IMG/VR virus record: IMGVR_UViG_3300045988_036168
Source: a virus
Reading direction: 5' to 3' (one strand)
DNA: 64,000 nt
Below, piece by piece: positions 7,057-16,045 of the stretch. Within the stretch, counting starts at the first letter, position 1; each line of letters starts with the position of its first letter. The translations under genes and the position numbers were made by a program. The notes beneath the pieces were generated by a model. It was not told where the DNA came from. It saw only the letters and a program-made list of their open reading frames with translations, and did no database searches.

Positions 7057-7161
7057 CTATCTTTCCTCCGTCCTTGATTGCTCTGAGCGCGTCTTTAGCT
7101 CACGCAGAGAATGCTCGTGGTCGATCATCCACTGCAACTGGAACTTCTCGTAGTCGCTCAT
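7057..7161 (-). CDS. putative microprotein (34 aa)
   Basis: Not in the ORF track (under 60 aa). Its ATG overlaps the upstream stop as ATGA. Its TAG stop lies 1 nt before the kinase ATG, and the ORF carries that gene's GGAGGAAAG RBS. Confidence 0.4.
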   Translation of the reverse strand: MSDYEKFQLQWMIDHEHSLRELKTRSEQSRTEER

Positions 7162-7490
7162 GTTTCAGCTTCTCCTTTCTTCGGCCAGCTCGGCCCGCAG
7201 TTGAAAACGAGGTACAGGTGCTCACCGTAGTCCTCGATCCTGTCGCCAGACTCTTCGAGTCCATGCAGGTACGCCGTGTTCACCACGTCAACTGCGAGCC
7301 GCAGCTTTCTTGTGACGATGTGGAAATCGTACCCGACCAGCACGATTACCTGATGAATGTCATCAAGGAACCCGTTCAGGTCAAACTCCACATCGGTCAC
7401 ACCGTCGATGCCAAGTAGGTCGCATTCAAGTGATGCGCACTTCTCGGTGATGCCGTACCGTTCGGCGATCCGTGTAGTCTCGTCGTTCAT
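7158..7490 (-). CDS. hypothetical protein (110 aa)
   Basis: ORF-track ORF, 4-nt overlaps on both sides. Confidence 0.6.
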   Translation of the reverse strand: MNDETTRIAERYGITEKCASLECDLLGIDGVTDVEFDLNGFLDDIHQVIVLVGYDFHIVTRKLRLAVDVVNTAYLHGLEESGDRIEDYGEHLYLVFNCGPSWPKKGEAET

Positions 7491-7924
7491 CGAACCGCCC
7501 CTTTCACGTAGTACCGGCCAGCCTCCGCGACCGTGGTATCATCGAAGCAGTCGGTCATCGCACTACTGACCTTGCGGATCATCTCCGGGTCAAGGCCAGC
7601 ACGTTCCATTGCCATGATGGCGTAACCCTTGCAGGCGTCGTTGTTCCACGGTCCCTCAATCATCTGGGCCAGTACGCCAAGTCTTCCGGCTGCATAGCCC
7701 TCTGCTCGGATGCGCTCCACCGTCCTCTCGGGCAAGGCAATGCGCATGGATTTGCAGTCGAAGTCTTCGTCATCCGGGCTGCAGTCGAGCAGGCCAGCGA
7801 GCCTCTCTTCGATTGTGGCATCGTCCACCTCTTCCTCGATGTCCGTCGCCTCGAAGGCGTGATAGGTTTCGTAGGTGTCATGGCTTCTCTCTAAGCCGTA
7901 GTGCAGTTCAATTTCGTATGCCAT
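7487..7924 (-). CDS. hypothetical protein (145 aa)
   Basis: ORF 7487..7990 trimmed to ATG 7924, which is preceded by AAGGAGG. Confidence 0.6.
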   Translation of the reverse strand: MAYEIELHYGLERSHDTYETYHAFEATDIEEEVDDATIEERLAGLLDCSPDDEDFDCKSMRIALPERTVERIRAEGYAAGRLGVLAQMIEGPWNNDACKGYAIMAMERAGLDPEMIRKVSSAMTDCFDDTTVAEAGRYYVKGAVR

Positions 7925-7926
7925 AT

Positions 7927-8793
7927 TCACTCCTCCTTGCCGTACTGCTTGAATGTGCTCAGGTCGTATGCCCCAGCCACGCCGTTGCATTCGATCTCGC
8001 GGTCGATGAAATCCTGATCCGTCAGGCTGATGGTTCCGTCGTTACTCAGGTCTGCCGCCTTTTCTTCGGCATCTTCACGTCCGTCAGCCCAAATAATCAC
8101 GCTTCTGGACAGCGTTTCTCGGACTGTCACGCTGTACGGGCGCAGACCGTCCACCGGCGCGTCCGTGGACTCCATCCAGCCATTCGCAGCGTCCACGAAC
8201 TTGGCCGTCAGTTCCTCCGCTGTCACATGGAGCGTCGGCCGGTCGGCGGTAGGCTCAACGCCTACCCACTCAAACCACGGATGGTCCGCCTCGGTGACGC
8301 TGCCAAAACGGTCATCAGGCAAACCGACCTGCGACGGGATGAAGTAAACGCCTTCATCGAGGCTGTCCTCGATGGCCTTTTCCTGTTCCTCGCTCACGCT
8401 GCCGGCAATCACGACTTCGTGGCGAACCTTGTAGTTGTCTGCGTCGCGGTAAAGGTAGCTGATCTTGGTGTTGACCCGTGCCAGCCAGCCAAGCGTGTCG
8501 TTCATCGCTTCATCAAGCGACGCATACGGGTTTCGGACGTTGGCATTTTCATTGAAGCCGTTGACCACGTGCAACATGGCCTCCTCAATGCTCCGATAGC
8601 GCCTGCAGATGGTTTCCGCCGTTCCCTTGTGGTGCCCAGCAACCCCGAATGTGAACGGCTGGTAGCTGTCGTCCTCCTTGTGAATGCCGAGGCTCCAGTG
8701 CTTGTACTCGAAGAGCTCGTTGTGCCCTGCCTCCCAGCCGCCAGCCTCCTTGAGCCACTGCAGTATCAGTTCTTTTGTCAGGCGTCTGCTCAT
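7927..8793 (-). CDS. hypothetical protein (288 aa)
   Basis: Long co-directional ORF with GAGGAGG RBS. No confident domain. Confidence 0.65.
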   Translation of the reverse strand: MSRRLTKELILQWLKEAGGWEAGHNELFEYKHWSLGIHKEDDSYQPFTFGVAGHHKGTAETICRRYRSIEEAMLHVVNGFNENANVRNPYASLDEAMNDTLGWLARVNTKISYLYRDADNYKVRHEVVIAGSVSEEQEKAIEDSLDEGVYFIPSQVGLPDDRFGSVTEADHPWFEWVGVEPTADRPTLHVTAEELTAKFVDAANGWMESTDAPVDGLRPYSVTVRETLSRSVIIWADGREDAEEKAADLSNDGTISLTDQDFIDREIECNGVAGAYDLSTFKQYGKEE

Positions 8794-8904
8794 GCTTCTT
8801 CCTCCTCGTCTAAATTGTAGTGATGGATAACGGTCGGCTCGTCATGCCCAATGTCATATACGGTTGCCCGCAAGCCCCTTCCAAATCGTTAGATTTGGTG
8901 GGGG

Positions 8905-9375
8905 TTATTGACCAACAATTTTCGTGACCCATTCCGCCTTGATGAGCGGGATATGCGTTACTGGCAGCTCAAACATCTTACCGTTCGGCTTCAGCAAATC
9001 CCGTTTGGCAAGCGGCAAAATCATCGAATCTCCGAAGCCAAAAATAAGGTCGCTGAAACGGTAGAAATCTACTGTAAGTGTTGGAATCTCCTCCGGCACA
9101 TTCACCACCAGCATTTCTCTGCCGGGGAAATATGCCCCGGACGGCATACCGGCCTTTCGGACAGCTTCGCGAAGCGCATTAAGGTTCTCAAAGGCGTAGC
9201 CAAAGATAAGCCCCAGAGCACTTGTCGCGTTGTGCTCGTTAAACGTATCCAATAGATACCGATACGCTTTTGCATTCGGGTCTGCCAGAGGATGCTTCGA
9301 CCAATCAGGAACGACGTCCTTTCCGCATTTGATTGCGGATACCCTGCTGGCAGGCTGCGCTGTATAAAACCTCAT
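8905..9375 (-). CDS. hypothetical protein (156 aa)
   Basis: ORF-track ORF, 4-nt overlap with the upstream gene. Confidence 0.6.
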   Translation of the reverse strand: MRFYTAQPASRVSAIKCGKDVVPDWSKHPLADPNAKAYRYLLDTFNEHNATSALGLIFGYAFENLNALREAVRKAGMPSGAYFPGREMLVVNVPEEIPTLTVDFYRFSDLIFGFGDSMILPLAKRDLLKPNGKMFELPVTHIPLIKAEWVTKIVGQ

Positions 9376-9587
9376 GCCTGCTCTCCTGCGCCAAACAGAA
9401 ATGTCTCCTGCTGGCGGTAGTAGGCCAGCGCTTCTGAGAAGCGGCTTGCCGTAAACGTCTTCGTCTGCTGGGTGTGCGCCTTCTTGTTCCAGACATTGAC
9501 GGTCAGCTCGATATACTCCAGCTCGTAGTTGATGTTCAGGTTCATACTGATGTTGAAGTCCTGCTCGTCCCGGACTTTCAGAATCAT
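9372..9587 (-). CDS. hypothetical protein (71 aa)
   Basis: ORF 9372..9629 trimmed to ATG 9587, which is preceded by GAGGAGGG. Confidence 0.55.
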   Translation of the reverse strand: MILKVRDEQDFNISMNLNINYELEYIELTVNVWNKKAHTQQTKTFTASRFSEALAYYRQQETFLFGAGEQA

Positions 9588-9600
9588 GTCTTCTCCCTCC

Positions 9601-9900
9601 TCAATACTTACACTTGATGCCGAAGTCATTCTCGATACAACTCTGAATGAGCTGGCCCATTCGCCACACCTGATCCGATACGAGCGTGTAGCCGCCGATG
9701 CCCCAGTGCCACGAGAAGCTCTTGCCGTTCTTTCGGAACAACGTGCAGGTCACATCTCTTCCTTTCGTCAGGCGCATCATCACTTCATCGCCATTGAAGC
9801 AGCCGAGCGAGATCAGGTTCATTTCCTGCCCGTCTTTCACCTTCAGTACCACACAGGCATCGTTGTTTGACAACAGTTCCACCATGTCCTTCAGTTTCAT
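9601..9900 (-). CDS. hypothetical protein (99 aa)
   Basis: ORF 9601..9933 trimmed to ATG 9900, which is preceded by AAGGAGG. Confidence 0.55.
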   Translation of the reverse strand: MKLKDMVELLSNNDACVVLKVKDGQEMNLISLGCFNGDEVMMRLTKGRDVTCTLFRKNGKSFSWHWGIGGYTLVSDQVWRMGQLIQSCIENDFGIKCKY

Positions 9901-9913
9901 TTCGCATTCCTCC

Positions 9914-10210
9914 TTATCTCTTATGTACGGCATAGACCGTCATCCCTGCGCTGTTCTTCACAACGCGATCCTCGAACTCCTGCTCCGACATCGGTTCAAG
10001 ATAGAAGCGAACCGTATCCAGATTCCCGTCGCTGTCGTATTCCTTCACGCCGTACAGGACGTGGTCTGCGCCGGTCTCTTTCAGAATCTTGAGGGCTTCA
10101 GCCTCGAACTTCTGAAGCTCCCGCCCAACATCTCGGATCGGCATTTGCCCGAACGCTACCAGTCCGTTCTCTGTCCAATGTCTCCACCGAACCCAGCCGC
10201 CATTTTTCAT
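9914..10210 (-). CDS. hypothetical protein (98 aa)
   Basis: ORF-track ORF, 4-nt overlap with the upstream gene. Confidence 0.55.
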   Translation of the reverse strand: MKNGGWVRWRHWTENGLVAFGQMPIRDVGRELQKFEAEALKILKETGADHVLYGVKEYDSDGNLDTVRFYLEPMSEQEFEDRVVKNSAGMTVYAVHKR

Positions 10211-10575
10211 ACCGCATATCTCCTTCCGCTCAGGACATCGACCACCGTAGTTCCGGCACCGAAAGCCGATCTCATTTCGTGCATCTCTTCGCTGCTGGGC
10301 TGCCGACTGGCGTAACCTTTCAGAGCCTCCCGCACCTCTGCTTCGTAGGTGGCGCGAGTGGCGGACACGTTCACGCAGTCAGGAGCGACCAGCTCAACCT
10401 TTTCGAGCATATCGTCAGCCAGCGCACGGCCAATGCTGTTGCGGGCAACGCCGTCGGCGTCAATGGTAATCTTGCACGAGTCCAAGTCGGACTTCACGCG
10501 CTCAAGTTCCTTCTTGGCTTCGGTCTGCCAGAACTGGCCGAGCTTCCCGCTGAGTTCCATCTGAAATCTGGTCAT
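10207..10575 (-). CDS. hypothetical protein (122 aa)
   Basis: First ORF after the promoter at 10632-10659. AGGAGG RBS. Confidence 0.6.
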   Translation of the reverse strand: MTRFQMELSGKLGQFWQTEAKKELERVKSDLDSCKITIDADGVARNSIGRALADDMLEKVELVAPDCVNVSATRATYEAEVREALKGYASRQPSSEEMHEMRSAFGAGTTVVDVLSGRRYAV

Positions 10576-10631
10576 CGTTATTTCCTCCTACTGGTTATCT
10601 TAAATTATCCATCTGGTTATCTTATGAGTAT

Positions 10632-10659
10632 ATTATACTGCGTTACCTACCTAAGTCAA
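10632..10659 (-). promoter_or_regulatory. Sigma-70-type promoter with TAGGTAGG box
   Basis: Minus strand TTGACT-TAGGTAGGTAACGCAG-TATAAT (16-nt spacer). Followed by the ATTATCCA-containing box at 10604-10611. Confidence 0.65.
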
Positions 10660-10726
10660 TAGATTTACGTTAATTTTTCTATATTATTTCCATAATCATA
10701 AATTATTCCGTTAATGTTATCAGCAG

Positions 10727-10757
10727 GCAGAAAAAGAGCAGGCCGCAAAGCCTGCTC
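10727..10757 (-). terminator. Intrinsic terminator after the sigma-like regulator gene
   Basis: Minus strand GAGCAGGC-TTTGCGG-GCCTGCTC followed by TTTTTCT. Confidence 0.75.
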
Positions 10758-10765
10758 TCGGTTTC

Positions 10766-11284
10766 CTATTCAGTTTCGTCGTAGTCGTCGGGGTTCCACA
10801 TCAGGCCGTTATCTTCGATGTACTGGGCCATGCTCAATAAAGCTCTGCCGTGGAGTTTGAACACCCGCTTGCGGTACATATCCTCCCGTTCCAACAGATC
10901 CTCCTCGTCCCCGTACAGCAGATCCACCACATCGCCCCAGCTTGCCCCGTCGAGGTATCGGCTTCGGATGACAGCCCGCTCGTCGGAGTGTTTCAGCCGA
11001 CGGATGATTTTCTCGAAGAACATCCTCTCCCGCCGTCTGTGTTCCAGCGTCGCCCGGATGTCTTCCTCAAGGTCGAACTTCTGCTGCATCAAGTCTGAGA
11101 TGCGGTCGTTGGATGGGCTCGGCGATTTTGGCATATCCGTGAGGGCTTGGGCTCCCACGCCTACCAGCTTCGTCTCCAACCGCTCCAGCCTCTCGGACTG
11201 ATTTTCGATTTCACGCCTCAGATCACGGAGGTCTATCAGCCGTTGCTTGACGGCCTCGACGTCGTAGTGTTTTTCCTCGTTCAT
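10766..11284 (-). CDS. Sigma-70 region-4-like / DUF1492-type phage transcriptional regulator
   Basis: 172 aa. Coiled-coil N-terminus, MPKSPSPSNDRISD loop, and C-terminal SRYLDGASWGDV..RKRVFKLHGRALLSM resembling region-4 HTH regulators of Firmicutes phages. Confidence 0.5.
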   Translation of the reverse strand: MNEEKHYDVEAVKQRLIDLRDLRREIENQSERLERLETKLVGVGAQALTDMPKSPSPSNDRISDLMQQKFDLEEDIRATLEHRRRERMFFEKIIRRLKHSDERAVIRSRYLDGASWGDVVDLLYGDEEDLLEREDMYRKRVFKLHGRALLSMAQYIEDNGLMWNPDDYDETE

Positions 11285-11333
11285 AGAGTTCGGAAGCCCC
11301 GTTCACCTCACTTTCGCTCTGGCCCCGCGAGGC

Positions 11334-11666
11334 TCACGCCTGCTTGACCCACTCATACCTCTTCTCGAAGGGCTCAAAGTCCTTCTCTCCGAGGATGCCC
11401 TTCAAGTTCATGTCCATCTTGATCTGCCAATAGTCCTGCTCGTCACCCTTCTCCAGAGCGCCGTGGTACTTGTCGAAGACCTTGCCCCACGCCTCCACCA
11501 CGCGGCGGATGCGCTTCTCGCCGAAGACATCCTTCCCCATGACGGCTGGGTCGTTCAAGGTGAGAATGAGCGTATCGGTCATAAACTGGATGTACGTCTC
11601 TTTCTCAGCCTGCCGGTAGACGTTGACCGTGTTCCTCTGCCGTTGCAGGTATCCGTTCTTTCCCAT
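11334..11666 (-). CDS. hypothetical protein (110 aa)
   Basis: ORF-track ORF, co-directional. Confidence 0.55.
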   Translation of the reverse strand: MGKNGYLQRQRNTVNVYRQAEKETYIQFMTDTLILTLNDPAVMGKDVFGEKRIRRVVEAWGKVFDKYHGALEKGDEQDYWQIKMDMNLKGILGEKDFEPFEKRYEWVKQA

Positions 11667-11678
11667 GACTATCCCTCC

Positions 11679-12851
11679 TTATGACGATGCTTTGAAGTTG
11701 TAGATGGGCCTGATAATCTCCAGCACGTCGCAGGTCGGGCCGATGCAGCCCATGATCTCCTTCGTGTCCTTGTAGGCGAACGGCGCCTCGTCTATGGTGT
11801 CGTAGCTGATACAGGAGCTATGCACGTTCCGCATCGTCTCTCGGTAGGCTCCGAGAGAAATAGACTCTCGGGCTTTGCTGCGGGACATCAGGCGGCCAGC
11901 TCCATGCGGTGCCGACTGGTTCCAATCGTCGTTGCCCTTGCCGACGCAGATCAGAGAACCGTCGCGCATATTCATCGGAATAATCAGGCGCTCGCCCTTC
12001 TTAGCAGACACAGCACCTTTCCGCAGGATCATGCTCTCGTGGTCAATGTAGTTGTGCACGGTCGTAAACTGCTCCTGCGGGACGATGTGCATAGCTTTCA
12101 GGATGGCCTTTGCGATGGCCTGACGGTTGGCCTCCGCATAACGCTGGATGATCTCCATGTCGTTCAGGTAATCGTCCATCAGTTCGCCGGTCAGGTACGC
12201 GAGGTCGGGTGCCCCGAAGTCGCTGTGCTGTTTTCTCAGTTCTTCCAGCGCACCGGCGATTTCCTTCTGCCGGCCAGCAGCCTTGTACTCGGTGACAACA
12301 CGGCTGATTTCCTCACTGGTGGGCTTTGTCATGGCCTCCATCGCTCTGCGCTGGTGCCAGTTCGCCACCTCAAGGCCGAGCTTTCGGCTGCCGGTGTGGA
12401 TCACCAGCCAGAGGCCGCCGCTCTTATCCTTGTCAACCTCGATGAAGTGATTGCCACCGCCGAGCGTCCCGATGCTGAGGAGCGCACGGCTGTTGTCGAT
12501 GCCGACGCATTTCAGGCCGCTCAGGTCGAACCACTCCTTCGGGTAGTTGTGAGTACAGAAACCGGCCGGCACATTCCAGCGGATGGCCTTGTCCAGCTCG
12601 TCAAGGTCGAGCCTCACCCGCCCCAGCTTGACGGCCAGCATACCGCAGCCGATGTCCACGCCCACGAGGTTCGGGCAGACGCGGTCGTGAATGGTCATCG
12701 TCGTTCCGATAGTACACCCAGCGCCGGCGTGAACGTCGGGCATGATCCGTACCTTGGAGCCGTCACTCACGGGATGGCGGGACAGCTTCTCAATCTGCTC
12801 CGTCGCTTCCTGCTCGATGGTCTTCGCAAAAATCTTCACATCATTGGTCAT
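11679..12851 (-). CDS. rtcB: RtcB-family RNA ligase (3'-phosphate/5'-hydroxyl)
   Basis: 390 aa. MPDVHAGAGCTIG, GVDIGCGM, GGGNHFIE, HTGSRKLG and NQSAPHGAGR match the RtcB metal/GMP-binding motifs. Confidence 0.9.
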   Translation of the reverse strand: MTNDVKIFAKTIEQEATEQIEKLSRHPVSDGSKVRIMPDVHAGAGCTIGTTMTIHDRVCPNLVGVDIGCGMLAVKLGRVRLDLDELDKAIRWNVPAGFCTHNYPKEWFDLSGLKCVGIDNSRALLSIGTLGGGNHFIEVDKDKSGGLWLVIHTGSRKLGLEVANWHQRRAMEAMTKPTSEEISRVVTEYKAAGRQKEIAGALEELRKQHSDFGAPDLAYLTGELMDDYLNDMEIIQRYAEANRQAIAKAILKAMHIVPQEQFTTVHNYIDHESMILRKGAVSAKKGERLIIPMNMRDGSLICVGKGNDDWNQSAPHGAGRLMSRSKARESISLGAYRETMRNVHSSCISYDTIDEAPFAYKDTKEIMGCIGPTCDVLEIIRPIYNFKASS

Positions 12852-12863
12852 CGTCTTTTCCTT

Positions 12864-13637
12864 TCACTCGCTCCACGGAAACTCTGTGATAATGTCGTCA
12901 CCCCAAATGGGCTTCATACTGTCTTTCATGAACACCGGCTTCCCGGTCGAGCGAGCGTATTCGACAACAGCCTCGATCCACTCGCGTTTCGGAGTGACTT
13001 TGCCTTTCCGGTTTCCTGTTTCAGCTCCGAGTATGAACCAGTCGATGTTCTTCATCTCGTCAGCTACAATCTTTCCGTCGAACGAGCCGAGAACCGGCTC
13101 CATGCTCGCAAAGGTGTGGTGCCGATCAGACCAGAACATCGGCATTTCGTCATCGGTCGCCGTAGATCCGTACCAGTAATCATCCCCCTCCGGCAGCAAG
13201 CCAGCTTTGTAGAGGTCGATGTACCGCTGCGGGTTCTTTGTGAGGAACAGGTATCTGTGTCCGGGAGCTTCCTTGCAGGCGTCGAACACCTTCTTGATCC
13301 ACTCGTCAGGCACCCAGTCCCCGAACAGGTCGGCCATCGAACAAACGAAAATGGTCTTTCCAAGCCCCTTCGTCAACGGGTCGTTGAGGCGGTACTCGTG
13401 GAACGTCGGCGTAAAGCCGAAGGGGTAGGCCGCGTTTCTGGTGACACCGTCCTTGCTGGTGACGGTCAGGCGTTCCTTCAGGTACACCACGTTCTCGTCA
13501 GTCTCTCCACCGGCCGCACAGTCGCAGCCTTTGAAGCGGTTCGCGGTCGATCTGGCATAGCAATACGGACAGGAATGATAGCAGCCGCTCACGGGATTCC
13601 ATGTGCTGTCGCACCACTCGATCTTACTCTTTTCCAT
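12864..13637 (-). CDS. Phage Gp37/Gp68 (DUF5131) family protein with CX3CX2C cluster
   Basis: N-terminus KIEWCDSTWNPVSGCYHSCPYCYA is characteristic of this family. Confidence 0.75.
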   Translation of the reverse strand: MEKSKIEWCDSTWNPVSGCYHSCPYCYARSTANRFKGCDCAAGGETDENVVYLKERLTVTSKDGVTRNAAYPFGFTPTFHEYRLNDPLTKGLGKTIFVCSMADLFGDWVPDEWIKKVFDACKEAPGHRYLFLTKNPQRYIDLYKAGLLPEGDDYWYGSTATDDEMPMFWSDRHHTFASMEPVLGSFDGKIVADEMKNIDWFILGAETGNRKGKVTPKREWIEAVVEYARSTGKPVFMKDSMKPIWGDDIITEFPWSE

Positions 13638-13651
13638 TCGATGCTCTCCTA

Positions 13652-14089
13652 TCAGAACGGGAGTTCGCCGGCGTCATCATCGGCAATCTCCGAAAAATCT
13701 CCGCTTGGCTGCTGGTAGCCGTTGTCGTAACCGCCGCCATAGCCGCCGCCAGACCGATTGCCGCCGTCCTTGTTGCTGTCCCCGAAATAGACATTGTCAG
13801 CCACAACCTCCGCGCTGCGGCGGTTATTGCCCTCCTTGTCCTTCCAGTCGCGGATCTGGAGCCGGCCTTCCACGACGGCCATGCGCCCCTTCGTGAAATA
13901 CTTGCTCACGAACTCGGCGGTGTTTCTCCACGCGACCACGTCGATGAAGTCCGTTTCTTTCTCGCCGCCCTGCCCCTTGAAGTCGCGGTCAACGGCCAGC
14001 GCAAACGAGGTCACGGCCGTCCCGCTTCCGGTGCGCCGCAGTTCGGGGTCACGGGTCAATCTGCCCATCAAGATTATCTTGTTCAGCAT
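13652..14089 (-). CDS. ssb: Single-stranded DNA-binding protein
   Basis: MLNKIILMGRLTRDPELR OB-fold start, glycine-rich tail and acidic DDDAGELPF C-terminus. Confidence 0.92.
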   Translation of the reverse strand: MLNKIILMGRLTRDPELRRTGSGTAVTSFALAVDRDFKGQGGEKETDFIDVVAWRNTAEFVSKYFTKGRMAVVEGRLQIRDWKDKEGNNRRSAEVVADNVYFGDSNKDGGNRSGGGYGGGYDNGYQQPSGDFSEIADDDAGELPF

Positions 14090-14777
14090 TCTCGGTATCT
14101 TCCTTTCGTTTCAGTCTGTATAGCTTGCACAGGTGCTTATCCAGCAGGACGCCTCTCGTGAGGTGGTGCTTCTTCTGGAACGTCAGCCACCCTATTACGT
14201 GGACTTCGGAATGGTGCTCCCTGCAAAGCGGGAGCACCTCCATTCCCTCGTGAATGATCTCCTCGCGGTCGCGGCCCGCGCCGACATGATCGACGTGGTG
14301 CAGGTCGCACGGTTTCCCGCAGATGCAGCACTTCTTGCTCACCAAGCAAGCGTACACATAGTCCTGAACATCATCCACGAAATCGAGCAGAGAGAAGCTG
14401 CACGGAATGTCCCAGTCGAGGATGAACCGCACCAAAAACCGCTGGAACGCACACACAAGGCTCATAGGGGCGTTGCTCAGGGAGAACATCTGGTCAGCCG
14501 TCTCCTGCAGGTCTTCTGCGATGAACTTCAGCTTCATGTACTCCTTGGTCGGGTCAAGCCCCATGCCGGTGTAGTTCGAGATCTCTCGAATGAGCTTGTA
14601 ACAGGTGCGCCTCTGCTTATCGGACAGCGGGCGGCTGTCGATCATCTGGATATTGCACTCCTTGTACTCGCGCTTCAGGAGCATCGGCCAGTCGTCGTAG
14701 CGGGCCTTGATGGTCACGATGCCGTGCTTGTCGATGTCAACGATCCTACCTCGCACTATGTCGATTGGGCTTTTCAT
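14049..14777 (-). CDS. Phage HNH-type nuclease
   Basis: CCICGKPCDLHHVDHVGAGRDR ... LPLCREHHSEVH. Overlaps the ssb start by 41 nt. Confidence 0.6.
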   Translation of the reverse strand: MKSPIDIVRGRIVDIDKHGIVTIKARYDDWPMLLKREYKECNIQMIDSRPLSDKQRRTCYKLIREISNYTGMGLDPTKEYMKLKFIAEDLQETADQMFSLSNAPMSLVCAFQRFLVRFILDWDIPCSFSLLDFVDDVQDYVYACLVSKKCCICGKPCDLHHVDHVGAGRDREEIIHEGMEVLPLCREHHSEVHVIGWLTFQKKHHLTRGVLLDKHLCKLYRLKRKEDTENAEQDNLDGQIDP

Positions 14778-14810
14778 GCCAGCCCTCCTCTCTGCTCAAA
14801 TCGCGGTTCG

Positions 14811-15800
14811 TTACGCCTCGGGTTCGTCGTACTCGTAGCCGTTGGGCTCGTTCTCGTCAGCAGGCTCCTCGGTGACAGGCTCTTCCTCTGCGGCAGCGTC
14901 GGTCGCATCCGTCTCCTCGGTCGGCTCCTCTTCGCCCGAAGCCTCTTCCTCGGCGGCACCCTCCATGCCGACATGGGGAGAGTCGATGTCGAACAGAACC
15001 TCGCTGCAATCCTCACACTCAATGGAGATGTTCACGATCTCGTCATCGCCGTAGCCGACGCACACGACGGCGTGACCGACATGGGGGCTCAGCTTCTCAG
15101 CGGAGCAGTAGAACGGGTTCTCGGGGCTGGTCGCGGAGGACAGGACAACCTTGTTGCCCTGCGTACGGACGGTGTAATTGCCCATCGCCTCGGTGACGTT
15201 CATCGTCTCACCGATGAACTGGCGGAGCCAACCGAAGGGCTTGGACGGATCATGCGCGGGGTCGATGGCTTTCTCCTCAAACTCGCCAGCAGCGTCAGGA
15301 GTGGCATCCTCTGCGTCTGCGGGTGCAACTTCCTCTCCGTTGATGACGTGGCTCTCTGAGGCCGCAGGAAGCCCTCTGGGCCCTTCGTCAACGACGTCAT
15401 ATTGGGTGTTGGCGAAGTCAGCAGAATCGCCGTCACCATCAAAGAGTGTGGTCTGGCCGTTGTCGATGTCGCGGTAGAAATACTGGCCGCTGGCCTTATC
15501 GAAGACCAGCTCGAAGTTACCGGAGAAGCTGCCGCTCTTCTTCTCCTTGCGCTGGATGACGTAGGCGACGGTGTGGTCGAACTTCGGCTTCGTCACCTCT
15601 CTGGTCTGATGGCCGCCGGCCACGGTGTAGTCGGGGGCCGAGTCATCGGTGAGGGTGATTTTGACCTTAATGTTGATCTCGCCGGTGTTCTGCTCCGTCT
15701 CGATCATGCCAGCCAGCACGTCGCGGAGCGTGGTGTCGAAGTCAGCGCACAGGCTGTTGAAAGCCTCGCCTCTCAGGGACAGAGAATAGTCCTTGCTCAT
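14811..15800 (-). CDS. hypothetical protein with strongly acidic C-terminal tail
   Basis: ORF 14811..15818 trimmed to ATG 15800, 8 nt after AAGGAGG. The tail is rich in E/D/P/T. Confidence 0.6.
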   Translation of the reverse strand: MSKDYSLSLRGEAFNSLCADFDTTLRDVLAGMIETEQNTGEINIKVKITLTDDSAPDYTVAGGHQTREVTKPKFDHTVAYVIQRKEKKSGSFSGNFELVFDKASGQYFYRDIDNGQTTLFDGDGDSADFANTQYDVVDEGPRGLPAASESHVINGEEVAPADAEDATPDAAGEFEEKAIDPAHDPSKPFGWLRQFIGETMNVTEAMGNYTVRTQGNKVVLSSATSPENPFYCSAEKLSPHVGHAVVCVGYGDDEIVNISIECEDCSEVLFDIDSPHVGMEGAAEEEASGEEEPTEETDATDAAAEEEPVTEEPADENEPNGYEYDEPEA

Positions 15801-15814
15801 GGTATTTTCCTCCT

Positions 15815-16045
15815 TCATTTTGTCGTGTCGCGGATGTACTTGTTTCGGCAGGCTTCACAGCAGAAGTCGTGCCACTCGCCATCCACCTTCGTCGTGATCC
15901 ATCCGAGCCGCTCCCGCAGCTCTTTCCGGTGGGCCTTCGAGTCGATGTCCTCGCTATCGAACGGGAACGAAACGTCCTTGCCACAGCAGTCGCACGAGTA
16001 CACGGCTTCGCCTTCCCAATAGCCGCTAAACTCCAGATCTCTCAT
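15815..16045 (-). CDS. zinc-ribbon protein (76 aa)
   Basis: CDCCGK...CCEAC cysteine pairs. 4-nt overlaps with neighbours. Confidence 0.55.
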   Translation of the reverse strand: MRDLEFSGYWEGEAVYSCDCCGKDVSFPFDSEDIDSKAHRKELRERLGWITTKVDGEWHDFCCEACRNKYIRDTTK

